A DNA stretch of 64,000 nt from assembly GCA_963765765.1 (NCBI GenBank), contig CAVXYC010000023.1:64001-128000 (forward strand), given 5' to 3'. The stretch comes from an uncultured Chloroflexia bacterium (lineage in GTDB: Bacteria > Chloroflexota > UBA6077 > JACCZL01). Under the pieces are notes generated by a model. It saw nothing but the letters and a program-made list of their open reading frames with translations. It did not search any database and was not told the origin of the DNA. The translations under genes were made by a program, and so were the position numbers. Position 1 is the first letter of the stretch. The number at the start of each line of letters is the position of its first letter. Shown here in pieces: positions 30,424 through 41,005 of this stretch.

Positions 30424-31221
30424 ATGGCAACGGAGCTAGATGACGTCAAGCGTCAAGTAGCTATTGCGAACCGCGTGCTGGCAGAGATCGGCCTGGCATC
30501 GGGAGTGCTCGCAACGCTGGGCCATGCGAGCATGCGCGTGCCTGGCGATCCAGATAAGTTCGTGGTGAAGGGTCGCGGCTACACGATTGACGCGCTAGCC
30601 AAAATGACTCCGGAAGACATGGTCGTCGTGGACCTCGAAGGCAATAAAGTCGGCGGACCACCGAATGCCACTCAGTGCTTCGAAGTAAAAATGCACTCCT
30701 GCCTGTACCGCACACGACCGGACGTGCAGGGCGTGGTGCATTCGCACCCACGTTACGCGGTGGTGATGGGCATCCTGGGCGCAACCCTTGTGCCCATGTG
30801 CAACGAAGGCATTGATCTGGTCCGCAAACCGCTGCCCGTCTATCCGCACAACAAGATCATCCTTTCCGACGAGGAAGGCATGGACGTGGTTAACGCCATG
30901 GGCGACGGCGCGGCGGTGCTGCTCTTCGGACATGGCGCGACGACTTCCGGTGCGTCGGTCGACCAGGCTGTCATGAACATGTGGCTCCTGGAGGAGCAGG
31001 CACGTATGAACTGGATTGCCTACTGTGCCGCCGGTCCAAATCACGCCTACATTCCGGAGGAGCTCATTGAGGAAGGCAAGAACCGTCCTCAGCTTCCGGA
31101 CCTGGCGCATTTCGCCGACTCGTTCGGAGCCGGGAAAGCGCGAGCCAACGTGAACGGCAACTGGATGTACTACTCAGACAAGGTCACCAAGGAGCTCGAT
31201 CGGGACCTGGCCGGGCAGTAG
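30424..31221 (+). CDS. Class II aldolase/adducin-family protein
   Basis: GHASMR, EVKMH..LY..RPDVQGVVHSHP, LLFGHG; RBS GGAGG. Confidence 0.88.
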   Translation: MATELDDVKRQVAIANRVLAEIGLASGVLATLGHASMRVPGDPDKFVVKGRGYTIDALAKMTPEDMVVVDLEGNKVGGPPNATQCFEVKMHSCLYRTRPDVQGVVHSHPRYAVVMGILGATLVPMCNEGIDLVRKPLPVYPHNKIILSDEEGMDVVNAMGDGAAVLLFGHGATTSGASVDQAVMNMWLLEEQARMNWIAYCAAGPNHAYIPEELIEEGKNRPQLPDLAHFADSFGAGKARANVNGNWMYYSDKVTKELDRDLAGQ

Positions 31222-31433
31222 AAACACCGGGCTCGGCACTGAGCTTCACCGCCCAATGTCGAGCTCGATCCTTGCACAGAATCATCATGGCGTTGCGGCG
31301 CTCTTTTACGGGTGCCAGTCGGAGATCCTTCACACCGATCGCATTCGAGGATTTCGAGATCGCGCTCGCAAGGAAGCGCCACTACGTCTTGGATGGACGT
31401 TCGCGCACTGACGAGCTGCGTATCGACCAGGCA

Positions 31434-32705
31434 GTGATCCGTCGTCGCTCCTTGATCATCGGCGCCCTCTGCATGTTCGGACTCGTCGCTGGATGCCTGC
31501 TCGTCCTTCGCGAGTACATCCGGTCAGCTAGCCTTTCGCCAACCGGTACCGCGGCCCTTCACGCTGCCTGGATCGCCGAGCACGGCAAGCAGCTCCCACA
31601 AAATGGGGCATGCACCTCCTGTTGGACGACGGTGAGATCCAGTGGCCTACCGAGGTCTGGAATGACCATCTCGCGTATACGCGTGCGCTGGTGGGCGAAG
31701 GCGGCTACGTCTGCAGCTCATCCGACTCGGAGATCTCGATTCAGCGAAGTGGCAGCACTACATCGATCGAGCGCTGGCCAATGGGCTCAAGCCAATGATC
31801 CGTCTGGCCAGTTACTCCGATCCTCAGAATGAGCGCTGGAAGGCGCCGCCGAAAGACGCGAACGGCGCACCTACCACGAGGTCGCTCAAGAATTTGCGCG
31901 GTTCATCAGCGCTTTGTCCTACCCGGGAGTGCTCTACGTCACCGTGGGCAATGAGCCCAATCGCGGCGATGAATGGGGCGGCAGTCCGAACCCCGCGGAG
32001 TACGCCCAGTTCTTGCTTGATGTCAGCTCAGCACTCCATGCCGACGGACGGGGAAAAGTTCTCGTGCTCAACGGCGCGTTGGATCAGTACGCACCACATA
32101 CCCACGGCGTGGCAATCAACGGCTTCGAAGCGATCGAGGCGCATGCCTTTCTCGATGCCATGAACCAGGCGGTACCCGAAGTCTGGAACGGCATCGACAT
32201 CTGGGCAGCACACTCCTACCCGATGGGCCCTTTTCAGGAGCCCCCCAACAAAGCCGAGTATCGGATCGACGATGTCTATACCGATGAGCCGCTGCGCACG
32301 CCGCCCGTTCCGGGACTCACGAATCGCGGCATCAACTCATATCGGTCGGAGATTCACCATCTGCGACGACTTGGCGTGAATCACTTCGAGAAGGTCCTCG
32401 TCACCGAGTCTGGCTGGCGCCACCGCGACACACAAGTGCCAAGCCGTGATAGCGCCGGCGCGACGATCTCGTCGAGTCACGCCGCCGAGAACCTCATCGC
32501 CGCCTTTTACGGTGGTGCAGGCTGGGACCAATTTACTTCCAGCATCTGGATGCCCTGGATGTGGGACGCCGACGTGCAGGGCGTAGTGCTCTTCGCCCTG
32601 GGCGGTGCGTCTTACAAGTGGGGACACACAAATTATGTCGACCTCAGCGATCAAGGCCAGATAATTGGAATCAAGCCAGGGTTCGCAGAGCTGTCAATGC
32701 CATAG
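31434..32705 (+). CDS. Secreted or membrane-anchored clan GH-A glycoside hydrolase-like protein (several frameshifts in the 5' third)
   Basis: N-terminal TM segment; VGNEPN (acid/base), WAAHSYP, VLVTESGW (nucleophile). Confidence 0.6.
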
Positions 32706-32818
32706 GGGCCTAACCATCAAAGGCTCGGCAAAGGCTTCCCGCGGGGTCGACGTTGAGGCGGCAGGCTTCGTGCTCTGGACGTCGGTATGACAAGGACGAG
32801 TGTGGGAGGTAAGCACGA

Positions 32819-33407
32819 GTGAGCACCGGACGATTGGAAGCGTTCAGCGATGGTGTGATTGCAATTGTGATCACCATCATGGTGCTCGAGTTGAAAGCCC
32901 CCCAGGGCACGGAGATCGATGCATTGCTACCGCTGTGGCCCGTATTTATCAGCCACATGCTTAGCTTCATCTACCTGGGAATCTACTGGAACAATCACCA
33001 CCATATGCTGCACGCGACAGAGCGCGTGGACGGTCGGGTGTTGTGGGCGAATCTCCATTTCCTATTCTGGCTGTCGCTCGTGCCATTTGTCACCGGCTGG
33101 ATGGGTGAAAATCAATTTGCACCCGTACCGGTCGCGTTATATGGGACGGTGTTGTGCCTCACGGCGATCGCTTACTACATCCTGGCACGTACGCTTCTGG
33201 CGCTTCACGAGAGGGGGTCCGCACTGGCAAATGCGCTGGGCGGGGATTTCAAGGGCAAGATCTCAGTGGTGATCTACCTGGTTGCCATCCCTCTTTCGTT
33301 CGTGAACAACTGGCTCGGCATTCAGCCTGTATGCGCTGGTAGCCGCCATCTGGTTTGCGCCCGATCCGAGAATTGAGCGAGAGGTATTGCCGGAGATCGA
33401 GTCATGA
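32819..33407 (+). CDS. TMEM175/DUF1211 family potassium channel (frameshift near the 3' end)
   Basis: RLEAFSDGVIAIVITIMVLEL, YWNNHHH; C-terminal PDPRIE in the shifted frame. Confidence 0.9.
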
Positions 33408-33487
33408 GTCGGGTGCGGTGAACAGTCTCTATCCGTGGGATAAGCGTCGATCTAACCTATGGCGCCTATCAACCAGAGGCTACGTGA

Positions 33488-34702
33488 TTACCGCACCGGC
33501 ACCTGATGCTCGAGCATGATCTCCCGCCGTTCTCGTCCAGATTGCATGATGGCGGTAAGTACCTCCAGCGTGGCGAGCCCCCAGCGGCCATCGTCCTTGG
33601 CCTGGCGCCCGGTGTTGATGGCGTCGAGCAGCTCGCGGATCTCGGCCAGCTCCATCTCCTGGCCTTCCACTGGGATCTCACGCATGCCATGGTCGTCATA
33701 GACGAAGAGCCCATGTTGAGAGTGACGAAGCATGCCGCGCTCGCAGCTCACGAGATGGATGCCAAAACTGAGGCCGGTAGGCCGTCGTTGGCCCGGCGCG
33801 GTGGCGGAGCTGGATGAGCGCGCCTCGACACGCTGCTCCTCCTTTGCTCCGGATACGTTGAAGCTACCGTCACGAAGCTGACGCCGGACCTCAATGCGCT
33901 TGCTCGGCGCTGTACATGCGGTCGCCGATGCCCCAGGCAAGCTCCTGCGTATTGAAGTAGCCATAGCCGCCGTAGGAGATCGTCGCTGGCGTGCCGTCCT
34001 CGAACTCGAGAAAGGTGCTGTGATTCCCAGGCGCCGGCCGCTCCGGCATCCAGGCTCCCCAGCTTGCGCGAACGCTACGGACCATGCCACCACCGATGGC
34101 GCGAACGGTGTTCACGATATGCGGCCCATGTCGATAGATCACACCGCCGCCCCGATTGATGTCATATTCCTCGGGCATACGCGGCTTGAGCAGCCAATCG
34201 GAGTACATCCAGTGAGCCAACTGCGTGATGCGCCCCAGCTCACCCGACCGTGCGACCTCAACCATCTTCTGGATGGCCGGGTTCAGATCAGTCGGATGCC
34301 CGAGCACCAGCTTGACGCCGTTGCGCTCGGCAGCGTCCACCATCTGCAAGCCTTCAGCCACGGAGGTGGCCATAGGCTTCTCGCACACGATGTGCTTGCC
34401 CGCATTGGCGGCCGCTACTACATGCTGACAATGCAGATCGTTCGGTGTGGCTACCCAGACAGCATCGATCTCCCGATCCTGGCACATCGCTTCCACGCTG
34501 TCATACGCCCGACCGCCGTACTTCTGGGTGAACTGCTCACGCGCCTCTGGGCGGACATCCGCGGCCGCAACGACCTGCGTCGCGGCCATTCGCTCCAGCC
34601 ACGGCAGTGCCATGGCGCTACCGATACCCAGGCCGGCGATGCCGAAACGGAGCGAGGTGACGGGCGGTTGGGCTGCGGCACCTGAGCCACCGGAGTGGTC
34701 AT
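33488..34702 (-). CDS. Gfo/Idh/MocA oxidoreductase (phthalate cis-dihydrodiol dehydrogenase-like), frameshifted
   Basis: LRFGIAGLG, IDAVWVATP, GKHIVCEKPMA, PRMPEE…GGGV, DGRWGLATLEV..AIMQSGRERREI. Confidence 0.82.
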
Positions 34703-34891
34703 GAGATCCTCCCGTGAAATGTGCGTGGGCGGGGAGATGATCCTGCGATGCCGCAGGTGGCGCCCCTATACGAGCGTCGCCTGGTTCGCGGAAGCAGACT
34801 TCTTGAAGAATCCTCGGTGGCGCCCGTTTAGGGACGCCACCGAGACTCATCTTCGCTTGGCAGAAGTTGGGCTTTCCCCACGCCGAGAACG

Positions 34892-36117
34892 CTAACGCGC
34901 GCCCGTTGGTGACGCCGCGCTGGGCGCATAGGTGCGCGTGTCCTGATACCCATCCTTAATGGTGAACGCCGCGCGCGCCTTCCCGTGCTCGTTCTCATCG
35001 TGGTACTGCAGCATCGGCCAATTGCGCGAGTCATCCCACAATAGGCACGGTGGATCGCCGCCCTGTTCAACAGCAGCCATCGCCTCGTTCAGCATCCCCC
35101 GATACAGGATGACACCCTTGTCCGAGACACCCAGGTGCTCCATGTTGCGCGGCGTCACGGGCCCCTGACTTACCCAGGCCAGCATGTCGGTCCCGAGGAT
35201 GGTGTCCGTGATGAGCTTGCCCTCATCGGTCAGATACGGGACCGGCACCACGTTGGTCGTGGGCGCCGCTTGCCCTCGGCCACTGGGCTCAGGCCGTAGT
35301 TGATGTGCCAGGTATGCGTATCGTCAATCGGCACCCGTATCTGGAACAGCGATCGAGTCACGGCCAGCGTATTCGGGAACAGAACCGGATGCCCGACCAG
35401 CCAATCGGTGGAGGTATTCGGATCGTCTCCCTCGAGCAGACGACGTTTGTAGATGCCGAACTCGAATACGTCAAAGTCGATAGCCAGGTGCTTCGCTGGG
35501 TTCATTGCTTTCTTGGTGGCGCCCTTGCGACGAGCAGCATTGTTCATGACGTTTGCATGCAGCCACTCGAAATGCACCGGGTCCAGCGAATTCTCCATGC
35601 ATTGCAGCCAGCTACACGGCAGATCGGACACCCCGATGGTTCGGTTCAGCCCTTCTAACACGAAGCCTTCCCAGCGCGGTAGCACCGGCTGCTTCTCTCT
35701 GGGGCCGAGGTACGCCCAGATCAGCCCACCCATCGCCTGCACCGGGTAGGCCGTGACGGTGATCTTGTCCTTAAAGCGCGCTTCGGCGTTAACGGTCTCT
35801 TCAAAGGGCTGCTCGAGGCATTGCCCCTCTTCATTGAAGTACCAGCCGTGATATGGACATCGGATGCCCTCATCGTCCGGAGTGCCATATGCAAGTGAGG
35901 CGGAGCGGTGCGGACAGCGCTCCTGGACGAGTCCCATGGTGCCATTGAACGCCTTGTAGAGCACCAGGTTCTCACCGAAGCGGCGGATAAGCATCACCTC
36001 TTCACGATCGAGGTCCGATTCGGTCGCGACGGGCTGCCAGAATCGACGCATCATGTTACCCATGGGCGTGCCCGGGCCAACCTGGGTCAATCGTTCATTC
36101 TCTTCGATGCGTAACAT
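34892..36117 (-). CDS. Rieske non-heme iron oxygenase alpha subunit (phthalate 4,5-dioxygenase-like), frameshift at about 35265
   Basis: LTQVGPGTPMG, CPHR…CPYHGW, ENSLDPVHFEWLH, DMLAWVSQG, EHLGVSDKGV. Confidence 0.88.
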
Positions 36118-36317
36118 GGGCGAGCCTCCGCGATGTTATTGAAATCTCAATAGGGTTAGATTGAGAGTACCGCAATCCGACTGAGCCGGCCAACGCGATG
36201 CACCTGTAGGGTGGGTTTGCTCTTCTAGTGACGGCCGCCATTAATGGCTTGTCAATAGACAGCGCTGATGACATGGATCGAGTGCATCGGGAGACGATCT
36301 AGAAGCACAGGAGATGG

Positions 36318-37197
36318 ATGGCAGATATGGAAATTCCACTGAATTTGAAGGATCGCGTCGTTGTGATCACCGGGGCGGCGCGAGGCATGGGCGCGGCCTA
36401 TGCGCGGGAATTTCTGGCCGAGGGTGCCCGAGTCGTCGCAACCGACCGTCACTGGAGCGGTGTCGAGGCAGTTCGCGACGAGCTTAGCGCCAGTGATCGG
36501 TCGCTGGCTCTTGATATGGATCTGACGAGCGACGAGCAGATTGATGCGGCCTACGCGGCCACCCTCGAGAAATTTGGTGCGGTGGACGCGTTGGTGAACA
36601 ACGCCGGCGATGCGTCAGCGGGACCTCTTCCCGCCACACGGGAGGATCACGACGCTGGAGACCAGCGATGACGACTTCTTCCGCATGTACAACGTCAACG
36701 TCTTCGGCACATTGCGAGTGATTCGCCGATTCATCCAGCCAATGATTCAACAACGGCGCGGCAGCATCATCAGCGTTGTCAGCAGCGGGATGATCATTGA
36801 TTCAAACGGGGGCGCTTATACAGCGCTACGCCCCAACAGCCGAGAGCAACCCTACATGTCATCCAAGGCGGCACTCGCGAATATGACGTGCTATCTCGCG
36901 GATGAAGTGAAAGAGCACAACGTAGCTGCAAATGTTGTTGTTCCGGGGCACACGCGCACCACTGGATTCGACCAGCAGAATCGCGCACGGCTGGAGCGAG
37001 GCGATGCGTTGGGCCCGCGGCCAATGGTGCCCGAGCACATCGTGCCGATAGTGATGTATCTCGCTGCGCAGGATGCCGGCTCGGTGACCGGCCGCATCTT
37101 CGACGTGATGACCTGGAATATCGAACACGGACTCGGCGGAGCCGAGAACTGGTCCGACATGACCGTGGAGCGGGAGCTCATCATCAATCCAAGCTAA
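36318..37197 (+). CDS. Short-chain dehydrogenase/reductase (frameshift at about 36608)
   Basis: TGAARGMG, LVNNAG, YMSSK. Confidence 0.88.
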
Positions 37198-37400
37198 AGC
37201 GCTCGCGCGATGAGTGCGTGAGATGGTGTTCCACCGCATGCTTCGCGCAGGCGCATGCGGAACTACCTGTCACGACAGGGGCCGTGGTGGACCTGCGAAG
37301 ACCTTACCCGCAACGTGAGCTCCATACCGTGATCACGCGCTTGATGGGAAGCTCACGGAGCTGAGCGCGTCTCGCCGGAAGGGTCTCTAGCGAGGCATCA

Positions 37401-38036
37401 TCACCACAGCGAATTCCGGGCGCGCTCCGGCCAGGCACGATCATATTCTGCCCCGCCAAGCCGCTCATCGGTCAGGCCTGCCAGGATGTCTCCCGGCGAA
37501 GGGAGCGTGGTGGGCTCGACGTATTTTTCGGGGTTCCAGATGTCCGACCGCACAATGGCCCGTGAGCACTGAAAGTACACCGCTTCAATATGAATCACGA
37601 TGACACAGCGCGGAGGCTTATCGTCCACTGCGAACGAGGCTACTAGATCCGCGTCCGTTGAGAGGATCGCTCGGCCATTGACCCGCAGTGTTGTGCCGGA
37701 TCCCGGGATCATGAACAGTAAGCCGACACGCGGATCTTGAATGATGTTCTTCAACGAATCGGCGCGATTGTTCCCGCGGCGATCCGGCATGAGCAGCGTC
37801 ACGTCATCGTGAACTCGAACAAATCCGGGCCTGTCGCCGCGCGGAGAGCAATCGAGACCCTCCGGGCCGCTGGTTGCCAGCGCAACGAACGGCGACGCCG
37901 CGATCAAAGCGCGATAGTCATCGGTGAGACGATGCACCTCTTTAACGATCGATGCTTCCACGGGCTGGCCGTACAAGGCCTCGAGCTCTTCAACGGAAGT
38001 GATCGTACTTATCGTTTCCGCAGACATCGTGTCCAT
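37401..38036 (-). CDS. Pyridoxamine 5'-phosphate oxidase-like FMN-binding protein (MSMEG_1061-like)
   Basis: DCSPRGD.PGFV, PDRRGNNRADS, TLRVNG, YFQCSRAIVRS. Confidence 0.88.
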   Translation of the reverse strand: MDTMSAETISTITSVEELEALYGQPVEASIVKEVHRLTDDYRALIAASPFVALATSGPEGLDCSPRGDRPGFVRVHDDVTLLMPDRRGNNRADSLKNIIQDPRVGLLFMIPGSGTTLRVNGRAILSTDADLVASFAVDDKPPRCVIVIHIEAVYFQCSRAIVRSDIWNPEKYVEPTTLPSPGDILAGLTDERLGGAEYDRAWPERARNSLW

Positions 38037-39270
38037 TACTCGTACCACCTTCGCTTCGTGGCCACTGTCGGACTATTGGGGCCAGCTCCACCCGTTCGAT
38101 ATATAGCACTTCGCCAGGGTGCGCCACCGGCTTGTCGTTGAATCGATCGCGCAGCCAATCACACATGACACCGTGTGTCGGCGCTGACCAGGTGGTGCCA
38201 GCCTCGGTTCCGCCGATATTCGGCATGTGATGTTGATCGGCAAAGAGCCACAGCTCGGACGGCGCGGTAACTTGTTCGAACAGCTCGAAGATCTCATCAA
38301 TGGGGCTGCGCGGATCGTACTCACCGACCGTCATCAGCGTCGGGCAGGTGATCTTGTCCAAATAACCGTCCAGCGTCATGTCGCTCACCACGGCATCCAG
38401 CTCCTCTTCCGTCTCACTCTGAGTGAGGTAGGCAAAGAGCTGTTTCCAGCGAGGCGACTCGAGATTCATGAGCACTCTCTTGTCGCCGTACGTGGATGCC
38501 GGCGCCACGATTGCACGCACACGGGAATCACGCGCGGCCAGGCGCAGCCCCCAGTGGGAGCCAAAGCTGACTCCGTATACGCCGATACGATCGGCGTCGA
38601 TCTCAGGCCGATTTACCAGGTAATCAATCGCTGTACTGGCGGCCTCTTCGTAATTGCTGGACGTGAGCTTGATACCGCGCAAGTTGCACTCCGCCTGCCC
38701 CGGCCCATCGAACGAGAAGACGTGCATGCCGCGCATATGAGCGAAATTGAACTGCGGGTGCGGCCAGCCCTCTTTCATGGTGTCGCAGCCGGGGATATAG
38801 AAGATGAGCGGTCGCGGCTCATCGCCCGGGCAAAGGTGGAGGTTCCCCGAGACAAGTGTGCCGTTCCACGGGATGTCGATGTGCTCCAGCTTATAGGGCG
38901 CCAGAGCGCACACCTGGTCGTAGCATCGCCGCACTCCGGAATAAAGGTAGCGCTTCTCATCGTTGTTCTGGAAAATGACGTGCTGCGCGGCGGCCCACAT
39001 GACGGCAGCACGATAGTAGAGGTCTAGCGCGGTCTCTGAATGCCCAGCCTCGGCCTCTGTGCGCGCCAGTCCCTCCAGGCGTCGTGCCGATTGGCCCACG
39101 TGCTTACTGATCATGGCGTGGCTACGGACAGAGCGCGGTAGATTCCCGCGGCCTTCACCCTGGAAATGGAAGACCTTGCCGGTCTCCTGAACCAGGTAAT
39201 CGAGAACCCACTGCTGACTATCGCGGGCCAGCCGAGCTCGGCCGGCAACTTTGGTCTCAGAATGGGGCAT
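38036..39270 (-). CDS. Alpha/beta hydrolase of the 2,6-dihydroxypseudooxynicotine hydrolase/FrsA type (frameshift near the 3' end)
   Basis: PGCDTMKE, FDGPGQAE, GVSFGSHW, GEYD; the repaired frame ends ...KRRWYE* with a TAATG overlap to the next gene. Confidence 0.8.
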
Positions 39271-39353
39271 GAGAGCCTCCCTTAAGACATGTGATCTCGT
39301 GTTCGAAGACTCTACACCCGCCGCTATCGCAGTGGCGCGTCCCGTGAATGCGG

Positions 39354-39478
39354 GGGACCGCCGACATCCTGTCGGCCCGGCTCTTCGGAGGGCCGCGGCG
39401 CGATCGCCACAGTCATCCGGTCTCAGTGATTCCGCCAGCGGACCTCACGGGCCGAGCCGACAAGATGTCGACGGTCCC
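39354..39478. repeat. REP-doublet-like inverted repeat (28-bp arms)
   Basis: gggaccgccgacatcctgtcggcccggc versus gccgagccgacaagatgtcgacggtccc, 3 mismatches. Confidence 0.75.
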
Positions 39479-39506
39479 GGAATGGGATGTCAGTCTCAAG
39501 GGGCCG

Positions 39507-39860
39507 CTAGTACAGCAGGCTCGGGTCCTGCTTCTCGCGCCAGAGCGATTCCAGCACCGCAAGGTCGCTCAGGATCTGGTCGCTGGTGCTCTCGGGCTTC
39601 GTATCCAGCACTTCCAGGATCTCCAGATCAAATGCCTCAATGCCGAATTTCCGGCCATCTTCCTTGAGTGCGAAGTGCAGCGCAGATGCCGATCCCGTGC
39701 TCCTGGCGAATCGCATCTTGCTTTCCATGCTAGCCAGATTGGAAGTGGAGCCAACGAGCACTCGGTTATTGCGATTGTTCACGATCCGGAATACGCCCGC
39801 CTCCGGTCGATTCTGCTTGTACTCATCGACAAGCTCTTTGCGGCGCGTCTTCTCGGTCAT
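39507..39860 (-). CDS. Small GIY-YIG-like domain protein
   Basis: RRKELVDEYKQ, AGVFRIVN..N.RVLVGSTSNL, FGIEAFDLEILE. Confidence 0.75.
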   Translation of the reverse strand: MTEKTRRKELVDEYKQNRPEAGVFRIVNNRNNRVLVGSTSNLASMESKMRFARSTGSASALHFALKEDGRKFGIEAFDLEILEVLDTKPESTSDQILSDLAVLESLWREKQDPSLLY

Positions 39861-39975
39861 GACGAGTCCTTCATCAGTCGTAGTGGTTCGCGAACGTTAG
39901 AACGCATCTTGCTGTGGTCAGTATTCCCATACGTGTGGGAGACTTCATCAATTGTATGAAGCGAGGAGTTGGGAG

Positions 39976-40413
39976 ATGACCCAGAGCACACCCGGTGGAT
40001 GACCCGTTGGTTGGCAAAAAGAGCACATGCAGCGGTATCTGGATACGAACGGCGAAGATGGTCACATCTGGAACGGCCGACCGACACTGCTTCTAACCAC
40101 CACCGGACGGAAAAGCGGTCAGCAGCACACCACGCCGCTCATCTACGGTGAATCAGACGGTCGTTACCTGGTGGTCGGCTCGCGCGGCGGTGCGCCAGAG
40201 CATCCCCAGTGGTACAAGAACCTGGTGGTCAATCCAGACGTGGAAGTACAGGTCCTGGGCAACCGATTCAAGGCGCGCGCCCGTACCGCCACAGGCGATG
40301 AGAAGCAGCCGCTCTGGGATCTGATGGTGGGCGTCTATCCGTCGTTCGCCGACTACCAGACGCGCACCGAGCGAGAGATCCCGGTTATTGTCCTGGAACG
40401 GGTCGGAAACTAG
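39976..40413 (+). CDS. Deazaflavin (F420)-dependent nitroreductase family protein, copy 1
   Basis: LLLTTTGRKSG, VVGSRGGAPEHPQWYKNL, YQTRTEREIPVIVLER; the ATG at 39976 follows an RBS but has an in-frame TGA at codon 9 (probably compensating indels). Confidence 0.88.
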
Positions 40414-40717
40414 TTTCCAGTCCGGTGTGCCTGGGGCATACTGGCCCAACGACGGATATCGTCCCACCCTTTGCGATGCCCACCGCGGAGGGCATGCAGG
40501 CCTATCGGCGAAGTGGGCATCCGAAACAGCTTCCCCGCTCCGCGAGAATACGGCTTGCCTAATCGAGCGGGGAGGGCTCTTATGCGGATTCGATTGTTTG
40601 GCACATTGTTCGAGACCAAAACGACACGGCGAAAGTCCAGAATCGACCGGATGACGACGAGGCGCGGGCAAAAGCCAAGCACGAGAAGGGCAAAGAAGAC
40701 TAGCTCTTACGAGTGGA

Positions 40718-40950
40718 TCACGTCGCCGCGACTTCACCTGACTTCTCACGATCCCTGCGATCATGCCGGGCCAGCGTATCGCCCAGCACCTCGCCCACGG
40801 CCACCAGCACGGAGCACATGCCAAGGTAAATGAACCTGTAGCCGAATCCAAAACGCTCGGCCATGGCGGCAAACCCTGCCGGAGTCACCGGCGCGCGAGG
40901 CTCTGCGAGACAGCGAAGAACCGGAACAGGTGCGAATGTTGGCTCGCGTT
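40718..40950 (-). pseudogene. Decayed copy of the 3' end of the MFS gene at 45947-47239
   Basis: VTPAGFAAMAERFGFGYRFIYLGMCSVLVA…LGDTLARHDRRDREKSGEVAA aligns with VTPAAFAAIAEHFGFGYSFVYLGMCAVLVA…LGDTLARHDREDRAKTGEVAA. Confidence 0.88.
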
Positions 40951-41005
40951 CAATGCTCAACTGCATCGCCCGAGTGAACCTAATACGGATCTACGGGCGA
41001 CATCT

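Noticed and set aside
39507-39860. GIY-YIG protein as a homing endonuclease or mobiliser of the NACHT island
   Set aside because: It lies outside the duplicated block, has host-like composition and resembles a common stand-alone small family with a degenerate motif.
39976-40030. In-frame TGA at codon 9 of DDN copy 1 as selenocysteine or readthrough
   Set aside because: Moving one C between the two flanking CCC runs gives the plausible MTQSTPVDDPVGWQKEH; no Cys is expected at this position and no SECIS is evident.
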